A stretch of DNA of 64,000 nt from an uncultured delta proteobacterium (lineage in GTDB: Bacteria; Desulfobacterota; Syntrophia; Syntrophales; UBA2192). Below, in pieces: positions 9,883-18,702 of this stretch (its first letter is position 1; each line of letters starts with the position of its first letter). The notes under the pieces were generated by a model. That model was given only the letters and a program-made list of their open reading frames with translations. It did not search any database and was not told the origin of the DNA. The position numbers were made by a program, and so were the translations under genes. The stretch lies in the NCBI GenBank assembly GCA_963802225.1, contig CAWDHZ010000012.1, forward strand, positions 69,972 through 133,971, read 5' to 3'.

Positions 9883-10770
9883 TCAGGATCGAAGGGCCTT
9901 CGAAAGCAAATCTCGAAGCCTTTGCTTCTGCTCTTGGCGATAAAAATCGATTAATTCCTGTGAGACCGGTCTTTCCCTCCGGCATGCCGCGGACGCCACA
10001 TAGCCAAGCAGGGTGAACAGTCCGCCGAACAAATACGGCGGGTTTTTCATCTGGTAAAAGGCCCGCAAGAAAGCCCACAGGGGATGGCTGCCCAGAGAGT
10101 AATCCTCCCTGCCGAGCCTGAACTTGGCCTTCAGCGCATTGCCGTTTGCCGTGCCCATCTTCCGGAGGTGGGTGGCGTTTTTGCCGGTGAAGGTCTGCGT
10201 CCTCCAGCCCCTCATGCGCGCCGTCGTAACGGCCACCCAGTCGATCCCTCCCCCCCTGATCGGCACGTACCCCCCGATGGATTCAAAGCACTCCCTGCGA
10301 AATAGCTGGCAACCGCCGGAGACGTGCTCGATGTTCGAATATCGGTAATCGTACGTCGCCTCCCCCTCGCTGAAGGGAGTTCCAGCCACCCCCAGATCGG
10401 GGTGCAGGGTGAACTGGGCAAGCAGATATTCGAAATATTCGCTGTCGAATGAAAGGTCCGCGTCCAGGTTTCCGATGATGTCGTAATCCAGACCCTTCAC
10501 GATCTCATACCCCGCGTTGAAGGCGCGGACCTTGGAGGCAAAGTTCCGGCCCCCGTTGTTGGGGATGCGGATGAGATGCATCCACGGGTGCTTGCTCGCG
10601 TAGGACGCGACCACGTCGTCCGTCCGGTCGACCGACCCGTCGCTGATGATGACCCATCGTTTCGGCAGGACCGTCTGAGAGACAACCGACAGGATGGTCT
10701 CTTCGATGTAATCCCCCTCGTCCCGGGCGGGCGTGATCAGCACGTATGCGTTAATGGTCTTCGCTTTCAT
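9883..10770 (-). CDS. Family-2 glycosyltransferase (tandem paralog 2)
   Basis: ORF track 9883..10965. Trimmed to ATG 10770 (MKAKTINAYVLITPARDEGDYIEETILSV...ISDGSVDRTDD), because the upstream paralog stops at 10779. IGNLDADL is a DxD-like motif. Confidence 0.85.
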   Translation of the reverse strand: MKAKTINAYVLITPARDEGDYIEETILSVVSQTVLPKRWVIISDGSVDRTDDVVASYASKHPWMHLIRIPNNGGRNFASKVRAFNAGYEIVKGLDYDIIGNLDADLSFDSEYFEYLLAQFTLHPDLGVAGTPFSEGEATYDYRYSNIEHVSGGCQLFRRECFESIGGYVPIRGGGIDWVAVTTARMRGWRTQTFTGKNATHLRKMGTANGNALKAKFRLGREDYSLGSHPLWAFLRAFYQMKNPPYLFGGLFTLLGYVASAACRRERPVSQELIDFYRQEQKQRLRDLLSKALRS

Positions 10771-10778
10771 GCCCCTCG

Positions 10779-11672
10779 TCACACTCCCCTGAACAATTTC
10801 CAGAGCCGCTCCAACTGCTCCTTCCGGTAGAAGTCCGTCAGTTCCTCCGGGATCGGCCGCTCCACGTCCAGCAGGAAGCCCGCCACATAGCCCACAAACA
10901 TGAGCATGCTGCCCAGCACATAGGGTTTGTCCTTGATGTGATAGCACGCCCTCAGAAATTCCCACAGGGGGTGGCTTCCCAGATAATAGTCCTCTTTCCC
11001 GATCCGGTAGCGCGCGGAGAAGATGTTTCCGCCGCCGGTCCCCATCGGCCGATGATGCAGCAGATATTTCTCCGTAAAGGTTCTCGTCTTCCAGCCCTTC
11101 ATGCGAGCGGCCGTCACGGCGACCCAGTCGATCCCGCCTCCCTTGATGGGTGTGTATCCCCCAATGGCCTCAAAACATTCGCGCCGGAACAACTGCAGCA
11201 TTCCCGTAACATGCTCGATATTTGCGTACCGATAGTTGTACTGCCTCCGCGGCACCTCGTAAAAGGGAGGGCCCGCCACTCCCAGGCTCGGGAACTGCGC
11301 AAATTTATCCAGAAGATGCTCCAGCATGTCCTTCTCAAAAGAGAGATCCGCATCGAGATTCCCGATGATGTCATACTCGAGATCCTTCACGCGCGCGTAA
11401 CCGGCATTGAAGGAATGCACCTTGGACGCAAAATTCCGATCCGCCTGAGCGGGCCTCCGAATGAACTCCATCCAGGGTATTTTCTCTGCATAGCTCTTCA
11501 CGATTTCGTCGGTGCGGTCCGTCGAGCCGTCACTGACAATGACCCATTTTACCGGAGGAACTGCCTGAGCGATCATCGATTGGATCGTCAACTCGATATA
11601 CGCTTCCTCGTTCCGGGCCGGTGTAATGAGAACGTACGTCGGCCCGCTCCGCTGCTGGTCCTTTCCCTTCAT
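10779..11672 (-). CDS. Family-2 glycosyltransferase (tandem paralog 1)
   Basis: 297 aa: YVLITPARNEEAYIELTIQSM...VSDGSTDRTDE...IGNLDADLSF. Roughly 55-60% identical by eye to 9883..10770. Confidence 0.85.
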   Translation of the reverse strand: MKGKDQQRSGPTYVLITPARNEEAYIELTIQSMIAQAVPPVKWVIVSDGSTDRTDEIVKSYAEKIPWMEFIRRPAQADRNFASKVHSFNAGYARVKDLEYDIIGNLDADLSFEKDMLEHLLDKFAQFPSLGVAGPPFYEVPRRQYNYRYANIEHVTGMLQLFRRECFEAIGGYTPIKGGGIDWVAVTAARMKGWKTRTFTEKYLLHHRPMGTGGGNIFSARYRIGKEDYYLGSHPLWEFLRACYHIKDKPYVLGSMLMFVGYVAGFLLDVERPIPEELTDFYRKEQLERLWKLFRGV

Positions 11673-11718
11673 GGTCCATCTCCCCTCCGTTCGACAGACG
11701 TTTTCAGGCGATTCCCCA

Positions 11719-12816
11719 TTATCCCGTGCTTTCGGACGACCTGCCGACCTGCGCGAAGATGTCGTCCATCATCCTTGCCGTGAGGAGGATCTCCCGGTAC
11801 GGGATGGGCACCGGCTTGTCCTCCACGATGGAACGGTAAAACGCCTCGATGAGACGCTTCATCCCGGATTTCATGTGAAAATCATTTTTCAGAAACGACA
11901 TCATGTTGAGGATTGAATTCGACCCGTATTGCTTCGCGTAGACCCAGGGGGGGATGAATTTTTCGACATAGCTCTTGAAGCGGGAACCTTTCACCCGGAT
12001 CAGGGTCTGCTGATCATGGTCCATGATCAATGCGTTATGGGGTCCGTAGACCCGGAAGTGGCGAAGCGTGGGGCGCATTTGCGAGGAGAACGTGAAGTAG
12101 GCCGTGCAGCCGCGGCGATCATCGAGGATCACCCGAAGCTCGTCGATGATCTCCGTCTCGCCCATCTCTTTCAAAAAGTCGCTGGTGAATCCGTGCGCCG
12201 TGACGGCGGGGGATTCCCCCTGGAGATATTCCGCAACCCGGGCGAGGCCATGGCTGATGTTGTTCTGCAGCAATTGGCCGGGCAGGCGGCGGACCCAGTG
12301 GCTTCGGTCCCCCAGCAGCGCCCGCGCGTACTGCTGATTGCCGAAATCGTAGCAGTAATAGCTCTCCATGTGAACGGGCGGGCCCCCGAGGTAGCCGCCC
12401 CGGATGAGCTGCCTCATCCGCAGGGCCGCGTGGGAGAACTGTTCGTCGTGGTCCACCGTGATCTTCAGATTTCCCTGTTCCGCACGGCGGATCAGGTCCA
12501 CGGTCTCATCCGCCGTCACGGTGAAGGGCTTTTCCATGAACACGTGGCAACCGGCATCGAGAGCCTGCAGCCCCAGCCCATAATGGCCCTGTGGGGGTGT
12601 GGTGATGTGGACGACGTGGGGTTTAGCCTTTTTCAGCATCTCCTCGAAATCATCGTAGAATCCTTGGATCCTGAATCGATCCGCCAGCTGTTGCGCCATC
12701 AGCGTCTCCCGATCGCACACACCGACAATCGTGCAGCCGGATATCCGCTGAATCTGCGCTGCGTGCTCATCGGCAATCCTGCCGCAGCCGACGATGCCGA
12801 TTCGAAGCTCAGGCAC
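11719..12816 (-). CDS. Gfo/Idh/MocA family NAD(P)-dependent oxidoreductase
   Basis: ORF track 11719..12864. A GTG at 12816 lies 2 nt after the upstream TAA and is preceded by GAGAGAGGGA, giving VPELRIGIVGCGRIADEHA (Rossmann N-terminus). Confidence 0.8.
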   Translation of the reverse strand: MPELRIGIVGCGRIADEHAAQIQRISGCTIVGVCDRETLMAQQLADRFRIQGFYDDFEEMLKKAKPHVVHITTPPQGHYGLGLQALDAGCHVFMEKPFTVTADETVDLIRRAEQGNLKITVDHDEQFSHAALRMRQLIRGGYLGGPPVHMESYYCYDFGNQQYARALLGDRSHWVRRLPGQLLQNNISHGLARVAEYLQGESPAVTAHGFTSDFLKEMGETEIIDELRVILDDRRGCTAYFTFSSQMRPTLRHFRVYGPHNALIMDHDQQTLIRVKGSRFKSYVEKFIPPWVYAKQYGSNSILNMMSFLKNDFHMKSGMKRLIEAFYRSIVEDKPVPIPYREILLTARMMDDIFAQVGRSSESTG

Positions 12817-12817
12817 G

Positions 12818-13903
12818 TTACGTCCCTCTCTCGTGATCAAAATAGTGCCGGGATCCCTCCGCAAACGGCACTCTCGGCTTCCAGCCGAGAAGCCGTTTCA
12901 GCTTCTCGTTCGTGTACCGGTTCCCCTTCCAGTCGCTCGCCCAGCGCCTCCGGTTGAACACGGGAGGCAGCTGCCCCTCGGACCAGCCGGAATACCTTTC
13001 CCAGAGCCAGCACAGGCTATAGCTGAGCGGGCGGGGTATCGGGATCGACCGGAAATTCCTCACATGCCTCTTGTACAGCCTGAGAAATTCCCTGCTCGTG
13101 GGCAGGTCGTCGTCGACCACGTTGAAGATTTCGCCGTCTACCCCTTTTCTCAACCCGGCGAGCACGATTGCCTCGGCGCAATTATCTACATACGTAAACG
13201 GGATCCGGTTGGAACCCCCCAGGTGGAGAAAGACGCCGAAGGTGCCGATGCCCACCCGCTGGGTCAGCCCCCGGTTCCCCGGACCGAAAACCACACCCGG
13301 CCGGACGATCACATACGGAATTCCGCGGCGACGGCAGAGCTCCATCACCTGCTCATCCTGCTTGACCTTGGCATAGCAGTATGCCTCGCCCCTGAGCTCG
13401 GGCTGTTCATCCACGGCGCAGGTCTCATCCAGGACAGCACCGCGCTTTAATTCCAGATTTGAATAGACGGTAAAGGAACTGACGCTGACCAGACGCCGTA
13501 TGGTTTTCTTCTCGGCGCAGGCTTCGACCAGGTTCCGCGTCGATACGACGGAATTCAGAAATGCATCGGGATAGGATTTGACGCCCCGGCCGGCAGCCAG
13601 GTGATAGACAACGGACACTCCCTCGGTGATCGCTCTGCAGTCTTCCCTCGACAGCAGGTTGCCACGGTGGATCTCGATGCCGGCCACACCGGATTTCCGA
13701 ATCACCTCTTCGAGAGCCGTGGATTGTCCCGAGGGACGTGCCAGGCAGACCAGGTTCGTGAACCCGTATTCCGCCAGAATCCGGACCACCTGCGTACCAA
13801 TGAACCCGTTCGCCCCGGTAATCAGGATGCGATCGCGGGGATCGACGATAAAATCGCCAGGCGCCCCTGACGTCTCTTTTCCGGAGGAATTCCCGACCGT
13901 CAT
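12818..13903 (-). CDS. NAD-dependent epimerase/dehydratase (extended SDR)
   Basis: ILITGANGFIGTQVVRIL glycine-rich NAD motif and YCYAKVKQD (YxxxK). 361 aa. Confidence 0.85.
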   Translation of the reverse strand: MTVGNSSGKETSGAPGDFIVDPRDRILITGANGFIGTQVVRILAEYGFTNLVCLARPSGQSTALEEVIRKSGVAGIEIHRGNLLSREDCRAITEGVSVVYHLAAGRGVKSYPDAFLNSVVSTRNLVEACAEKKTIRRLVSVSSFTVYSNLELKRGAVLDETCAVDEQPELRGEAYCYAKVKQDEQVMELCRRRGIPYVIVRPGVVFGPGNRGLTQRVGIGTFGVFLHLGGSNRIPFTYVDNCAEAIVLAGLRKGVDGEIFNVVDDDLPTSREFLRLYKRHVRNFRSIPIPRPLSYSLCWLWERYSGWSEGQLPPVFNRRRWASDWKGNRYTNEKLKRLLGWKPRVPFAEGSRHYFDHERGT

Positions 13904-13904
13904 C

Positions 13905-14795
13905 TCACTCCATCACGTACTTCTGTCCGACCACATCGACTCCCAGGAGAGACAACAGCCGTCCGATGTGGTCGAAATCGCTGATGAGGCATTTCATAAA
14001 TCGGTGGTGCCCCGCCAGGAGGAGGAACGGCAGGGACAGGGTGTAAAAAGGAATAGCAACGACCGACTTTGCATAATCGACAGGCCGGAAATGCGGGATC
14101 TTTCCCCTCACCAGGGCCCGCTTCAGCATGAATGACCGTTTGAAGCGCTCCGGGGGAACCGATTCGTAGACGGGAGCTTCGTTGCACCATTTGAATGTGC
14201 ATCCTTTCCGGATCATGCGCCTGAAGAATTCTCGATCCTCCCCGCCACCGCCGAACTCTTTTCGGAACAGGTTTTCGTCTCCGTCGAAGAGGTCTCTCCG
14301 GATGAGGACATTGCCGGTCCGGGTGTGTGCCCAGTCCAGGACCGTTCCCGTCCCGTGAGAGGGCCTCTCATAAAACCCGCCTTTGATGACCCATGGCGGG
14401 GGCTGCACCTCATAGTGCGGGATCACGGGCCCGAGGATGCCGTCGGCCCCCAGTTGCCGGAATGCCATAAACAGCGTGATGAGCCAGTTTTGCGGCGGGT
14501 ACTCGTCATCGTCGATAAAGGCGAGAAAATCCCCCGTCGCTTTGCGGACGGCCTTGTTCCGGGCCAGGGCGATGTTCTGCTCGGGTTCGGTATCATATTC
14601 AATGGGGACGGCGGTCCGGTCCTTCCACTCCTCCACGGTACGCTTGGCCGACTGTCCCGCGTCGTTGTCCACAACAAGGACCGAGTAGGTAAAGAGCCCT
14701 TCAGTCCTTTGGTCCTGCAGGCGGTTCAGCAGCCTGGCCAAGAGCTGAGGCCTTCTGTACGTGCAGATGCAGACATGGATGTGTTGCGGGGTCAT
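13905..14795 (-). CDS. Family-2 glycosyltransferase
   Basis: HVCICTYRRPQLLARLLNRL...VVDNDAGQSA...FIDDDEYP (DxD). 296 aa. 4-nt overlap with the upstream gene. Confidence 0.85.
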   Translation of the reverse strand: MTPQHIHVCICTYRRPQLLARLLNRLQDQRTEGLFTYSVLVVDNDAGQSAKRTVEEWKDRTAVPIEYDTEPEQNIALARNKAVRKATGDFLAFIDDDEYPPQNWLITLFMAFRQLGADGILGPVIPHYEVQPPPWVIKGGFYERPSHGTGTVLDWAHTRTGNVLIRRDLFDGDENLFRKEFGGGGEDREFFRRMIRKGCTFKWCNEAPVYESVPPERFKRSFMLKRALVRGKIPHFRPVDYAKSVVAIPFYTLSLPFLLLAGHHRFMKCLISDFDHIGRLLSLLGVDVVGQKYVME

Positions 14796-15898
14796 CCTTC
14801 GAACGCCCTGATCGTTTCCGCGATGTACGCTACCTCACGCTCGGTCAGTTCGGGGTACAGGGGTAGTGACAGGATCTCTTTCGATGCCACCGTGGCGCAG
14901 GGATAATCCCGCTCCCGGTGGTTGCAGTAAGCATACGCTTTCAGATTGGGCAACGCAATCGGATAGTGGATGCCCGTGGAGATCCCCTTCGATTGCAGAT
15001 AGGCCTGCAGTTCGCCCCGCCGGTCTTTGGGGGCCCGGATCACATAGAGATGGTAAACCGCCCGGACATCGTTTATCTCGTAAGGGGTCACAAGCCCTGA
15101 ATCGGCCAGGTACCGGTTATAGCTGTATGCGTTCTTTCTTCTCGCCTCCGTCCACCGCGGCAGGTGCTTGAGCTTGACCCCGAGGATGGAGGCCTGGAGG
15201 GCATCGAGACGGCTGTTGATGCCCTCCAGCTCGTGGTCGTACTTGTCGATGCGGCCGTGGTTCGCGAACATCCGTGCCTTCCTGGCGAGGCTGTCATCGT
15301 TTGTGACGATCGCCCCGGCATCCCCGTAGGCTCCGAGATTCTTTCCGGGATAGAAGCTGAAGCAGGCACAATCTCCGATCGAACCTATGGTGCGCCCCTT
15401 GTACTCGGCTCCGTGCGCCTGTGCGGCATCTTCGATCACTTTCAGACCGTGCCTTGCGGCCAAGGCCAGTATGGGGTCCATGTCGGCGGGCTGACCGTAG
15501 AGATGGACGGCAATAACAGCTTTCGTTTTCGGCGTAATCCTCTCCGCGATGCGAACGGCGTCAATGTTGTACGTCCTGGGGTCGACGTCGGCAAAGACCA
15601 CCCTGGCACCCGCCTGGGTAACGGCCTCGGCCGTTGCGATGAAACTGTTGGCCGGCACGATGACCTCGTCGCCTTGCCCGATCCCGAGGCATCTGAGCGC
15701 AATGAAAAGGGCATCGGTGCCGTTGCCGACGCCCACGCAGTGTTTCACGCCGCAGAAGGAGGCAAAGGCCTCCTCGAAGTTCTTGACGTAGGCTCCGCCG
15801 ATGAAGGCTGTCTTCGACAGGACTTCAAAGATGACAGAGTCGATCTCCGTCTTGATCGATTCGTACTGCTTCTTCAAGTCTACGAGCTGGATGTTCAT
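14792..15898 (-). CDS. DegT/DnrJ/EryC1/StrS family PLP aminotransferase (WbpE/WlbC-like)
   Basis: ORF track 14792..16333. Trimmed to ATG 15898 (MNIQLVDLKKQYESIKTEIDSVIFEVLSKTAFIGG), preceded by GAGGAA. The longer ORF overlaps the acetyltransferase gene out of frame. Confidence 0.9.
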   Translation of the reverse strand: MNIQLVDLKKQYESIKTEIDSVIFEVLSKTAFIGGAYVKNFEEAFASFCGVKHCVGVGNGTDALFIALRCLGIGQGDEVIVPANSFIATAEAVTQAGARVVFADVDPRTYNIDAVRIAERITPKTKAVIAVHLYGQPADMDPILALAARHGLKVIEDAAQAHGAEYKGRTIGSIGDCACFSFYPGKNLGAYGDAGAIVTNDDSLARKARMFANHGRIDKYDHELEGINSRLDALQASILGVKLKHLPRWTEARRKNAYSYNRYLADSGLVTPYEINDVRAVYHLYVIRAPKDRRGELQAYLQSKGISTGIHYPIALPNLKAYAYCNHRERDYPCATVASKEILSLPLYPELTEREVAYIAETIRAFEG

Positions 15899-15957
15899 AC
15901 ATTCCTCACGAGATGGGATTCTGGACTCAGATAACGGGGAATCGGGAGAACGCCGGG

Positions 15958-16425
15958 TCAGAGCGTTCGCAGAAGCCGGGCCGGGTTGCCGGCATAGACG
16001 CCCGGCCGGGTGATGTCCTTTGTCACGACGGCGCCTGCACCGATGACGACGCGGTCGCAGATCCTCACGGGCAGGAGGGTCGCATTGGATCCTATCGAAA
16101 CGTGATTGCCGATGTATGTCGATTTCCAGAGATTCGTCCGGCCACGTGCAGGGCCTCCCTCCGAAAACAGGTCGTTGATGAACATCACCCCATGGCCGAT
16201 GACGCAATCCTCCCCGACGCTCACCAGCTCGCAGATGAAGGTGTGGGACTGCACCCGCGTCCGGTTGCCGACGACAACACCCTTCTGGATCTCCACAAAG
16301 GGGCCGATAAAGCAGCCCTCGCCGATTTCGCACTCATAGAGGTTCACGGGTTCGACGACGGTCACGTCGGCACCGAAGCGTACATCGCGGATCTGGCATT
16401 TGAAGACGTTGGTGGGAGCGGACAT
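15958..16425 (-). CDS. Left-handed beta-helix (hexapeptide) N-acetyltransferase (WbpD/WlbB-like)
   Basis: 155 aa with hexapeptide repeats (IGEGCFIGPFVEI, VGEDCVIGHGVMF, IGNHVSIGSNATL, IGAGAVV). Confidence 0.85.
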   Translation of the reverse strand: MSAPTNVFKCQIRDVRFGADVTVVEPVNLYECEIGEGCFIGPFVEIQKGVVVGNRTRVQSHTFICELVSVGEDCVIGHGVMFINDLFSEGGPARGRTNLWKSTYIGNHVSIGSNATLLPVRICDRVVIGAGAVVTKDITRPGVYAGNPARLLRTL

Positions 16426-16460
16426 GCAGACCTCTGAAAATTGCGGGTTCCGGTTTTGCT

Positions 16461-17444
16461 TCAGGAGGCCAGGATGCGGACGACTTCACGGGCGTGATCG
16501 ATACCGCTCAGGCAGGCCGTGCCGTTTTCGACGCAGTCCGCGAAGTGCTCGACCTCGACCCTGATCGGCTCCGGGAAATCGATCCGCGGCAGGATCACGT
16601 CGCCTTCACGGTGGCTGAAGCTCTGGGCTCTGGGGTTGTCGTAATCCATGTTCTTCCCCAGGACCGCCTTGCGGTCGATCCCCTTGTCATAGATGGCGAT
16701 CTTGCTGTCGGCGTCGTTATCGTAGACGACCATCTTTCTCGATCCCACGACGGTCATCTGGCGGAGCCTCCGGGGGTCGAGCCAGCTGACGTGGATGTTG
16801 GCCATGACCTTGTTCGGATAGAGGATGTTCATGAAGACGACGTCGTCGATTTTTTCCTGGAGGTAGTCGACCCCCCTTTTCACGATGGATATCGGCTTCG
16901 GGTCCCCCAGCCAGTACTGGATGATGCTGATGTCGTGGGGGGCGAAGTTCCAGAGGGCATCCACATCGGACCGGATCCGGCCGAGGTTGAGCCTCTGGCT
17001 ATAGATGTACCGGATCTCTCCCAGCTCGCCCGTGTCGATGAGCTTTTTCACGTAGCGGACGGCTGCATTGTAGAGGAAAGTGTGTCCGACCATCGCGACG
17101 AGCTTCTTCTCCCGGGCGAGAGCGCCGATCCGGTCGACCTCGGCGACGGTCGTGGCAATCGGCTTTTCCACCAGGATGTGCTTTCCCGCCCCCAGGGCTC
17201 TCATGGCCAGCTCGAAATGCGACTGGACGGGTGTGGCAATGACAACAGCCTGGATTTCCGGGTCTTCAAGCGCCAGACCTATGTCAGCCGTAACGTGGAT
17301 TGCCGGGTAAAGGCCACGGACGTAATCCTGCCGGTCGCCGGACAGGTCGACGACCGTCTTCACGCGGCACTTCCTGCTCGCGACCAGGTTTCTCAAGAGA
17401 TTCGGGCCCCAGTAGCCCACACCGATCTGCGCGACGTTCACCAT
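16461..17444 (-). CDS. Gfo/Idh/MocA family oxidoreductase (WbpB/WlbA-like)
   Basis: MVNVAQIGVGYWGPNLLRNL...VEKP. 327 aa. Directly upstream of the acetyltransferase and aminotransferase genes. Confidence 0.85.
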   Translation of the reverse strand: MVNVAQIGVGYWGPNLLRNLVASRKCRVKTVVDLSGDRQDYVRGLYPAIHVTADIGLALEDPEIQAVVIATPVQSHFELAMRALGAGKHILVEKPIATTVAEVDRIGALAREKKLVAMVGHTFLYNAAVRYVKKLIDTGELGEIRYIYSQRLNLGRIRSDVDALWNFAPHDISIIQYWLGDPKPISIVKRGVDYLQEKIDDVVFMNILYPNKVMANIHVSWLDPRRLRQMTVVGSRKMVVYDNDADSKIAIYDKGIDRKAVLGKNMDYDNPRAQSFSHREGDVILPRIDFPEPIRVEVEHFADCVENGTACLSGIDHAREVVRILAS

Positions 17445-17481
17445 GAGACATTCCCCCTTTGCTTTGCCAATCGATCGGGGC

Positions 17482-18660
17482 TCACGAAGGCCGGGTCAAA
17501 GACCCGTAGAGATCGATCAGGTCCTGTTTATGCCGCTGCCATCCGTAATGATCCAAAAATACCCTGGCCCTTCGAGCTTTCGAGAAACGCCGCGGCTCGT
17601 CCCGGTAGCTCTCCAGGATGGCCGCAGAGAGCGAGTCCACATCCTCGGCCTCAAAAAAACTCAGCATGTCATCGGAAAAATAATGCCGTATCGTCTTCAG
17701 TGGCGGCGCGACGACCGGAATGTCCAGGCAGATGTACTCGAGCATCTTGACGGGAAGCATCAGCTCAGTCGCCATGTTCCGCCGGTTGGAGATGACCCCC
17801 AGGTGCATGGGGCGCAGGGCGGAGGCAAGCTGATCCACGGGGATGATACCGTGAAAGATCACGCAGGAAGTCAGACCCAGGCTCTCCGTCAGCGAGACGA
17901 GTTCCCCCTCGTCGTCGCCGGCGCCGATGATGTGGAATTTCAGCCCGGGGATTTTGCCGCCCAGGCCCGCCACGGCCCGGATGGTCAGATCGACGCCAAG
18001 CCTTCTGGCGAGCGTGCCATGGTAAACGAGGTCGAAGGTGCCGGCAGCGGTCCGATCCGGTCCGCCGTCGCCATTTCCGAACCACCGGTCGTCTGGGACG
18101 TTCATGGAAACCGAGATCTTGTTACCGGGAATCCCGCGCCCCACCAGCACGTCACGCTGCGGGTGATTGACGCAGAGGATCCGGTGCGCCATGCGGCAGC
18201 ACAGGGCCTCCTCGATGCACAGCATCCGGAACATCAGGGCGGAGCGGTTTTTGAACTTCTCCAGGTAGGTTTCGGGGACGGAGTCGTGGATGTCGAGGAT
18301 GACCTTTTTGCCCATCAGGCGCGGCACAACGGCGCAGAAGATCAGGAAGTTCGGCATATTGTGTATGTGGACCACGTCGATCCCGCCGCTCAGGCCTCGC
18401 CTGGTGCAGTCGAGAAACGCCGCCAGGAGAAACTTCAGGTAAGAGAGCAGATAGGCGTAAACACTTTTGCCCCAGTACCGGCCGGCGCTGAGTTCGACAA
18501 CGTGGACACCATTTGACACCGCCGATTGCCGCGACGCGCCCATCCGGGGCACGACGACCGTGACGTCGTAATCCGGCAGAGCGGCCAGCGTCTCGGCCTC
18601 CCTTCGCACGCGGGGGTCCGTGGCGTAGATCGTATAGGCCACCATGTAGACGGCTGTCAT
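17482..18660 (-). CDS. Family-4 (GT-B, group 1) glycosyltransferase
   Basis: 392 aa. The C-terminal half (LVYHGTLARRLGVDL...FHIIGAGDDEGEL...MLEYICLDIPVVA) is typical of a GT4 nucleotide-sugar-binding domain. Confidence 0.8.
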   Translation of the reverse strand: MTAVYMVAYTIYATDPRVRREAETLAALPDYDVTVVVPRMGASRQSAVSNGVHVVELSAGRYWGKSVYAYLLSYLKFLLAAFLDCTRRGLSGGIDVVHIHNMPNFLIFCAVVPRLMGKKVILDIHDSVPETYLEKFKNRSALMFRMLCIEEALCCRMAHRILCVNHPQRDVLVGRGIPGNKISVSMNVPDDRWFGNGDGGPDRTAAGTFDLVYHGTLARRLGVDLTIRAVAGLGGKIPGLKFHIIGAGDDEGELVSLTESLGLTSCVIFHGIIPVDQLASALRPMHLGVISNRRNMATELMLPVKMLEYICLDIPVVAPPLKTIRHYFSDDMLSFFEAEDVDSLSAAILESYRDEPRRFSKARRARVFLDHYGWQRHKQDLIDLYGSLTRPS

Positions 18661-18702
18661 GCCTGTTGCTGTTCCCCTTGATGTGATTGTTCCGTGGAAA
18701 TC

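Noticed and set aside
15899-16333. N-terminal extension of ORF 14792..16333. The same issue applies to 50957..53728, 29055..31049, 9883..10965 and 20322..21203.
   Set aside because: In each case the extension overlaps the upstream gene in another frame and has junk composition. An internal ATG with an SD, or an ATGA/GTGA overlap, gives a family-typical N-terminus.
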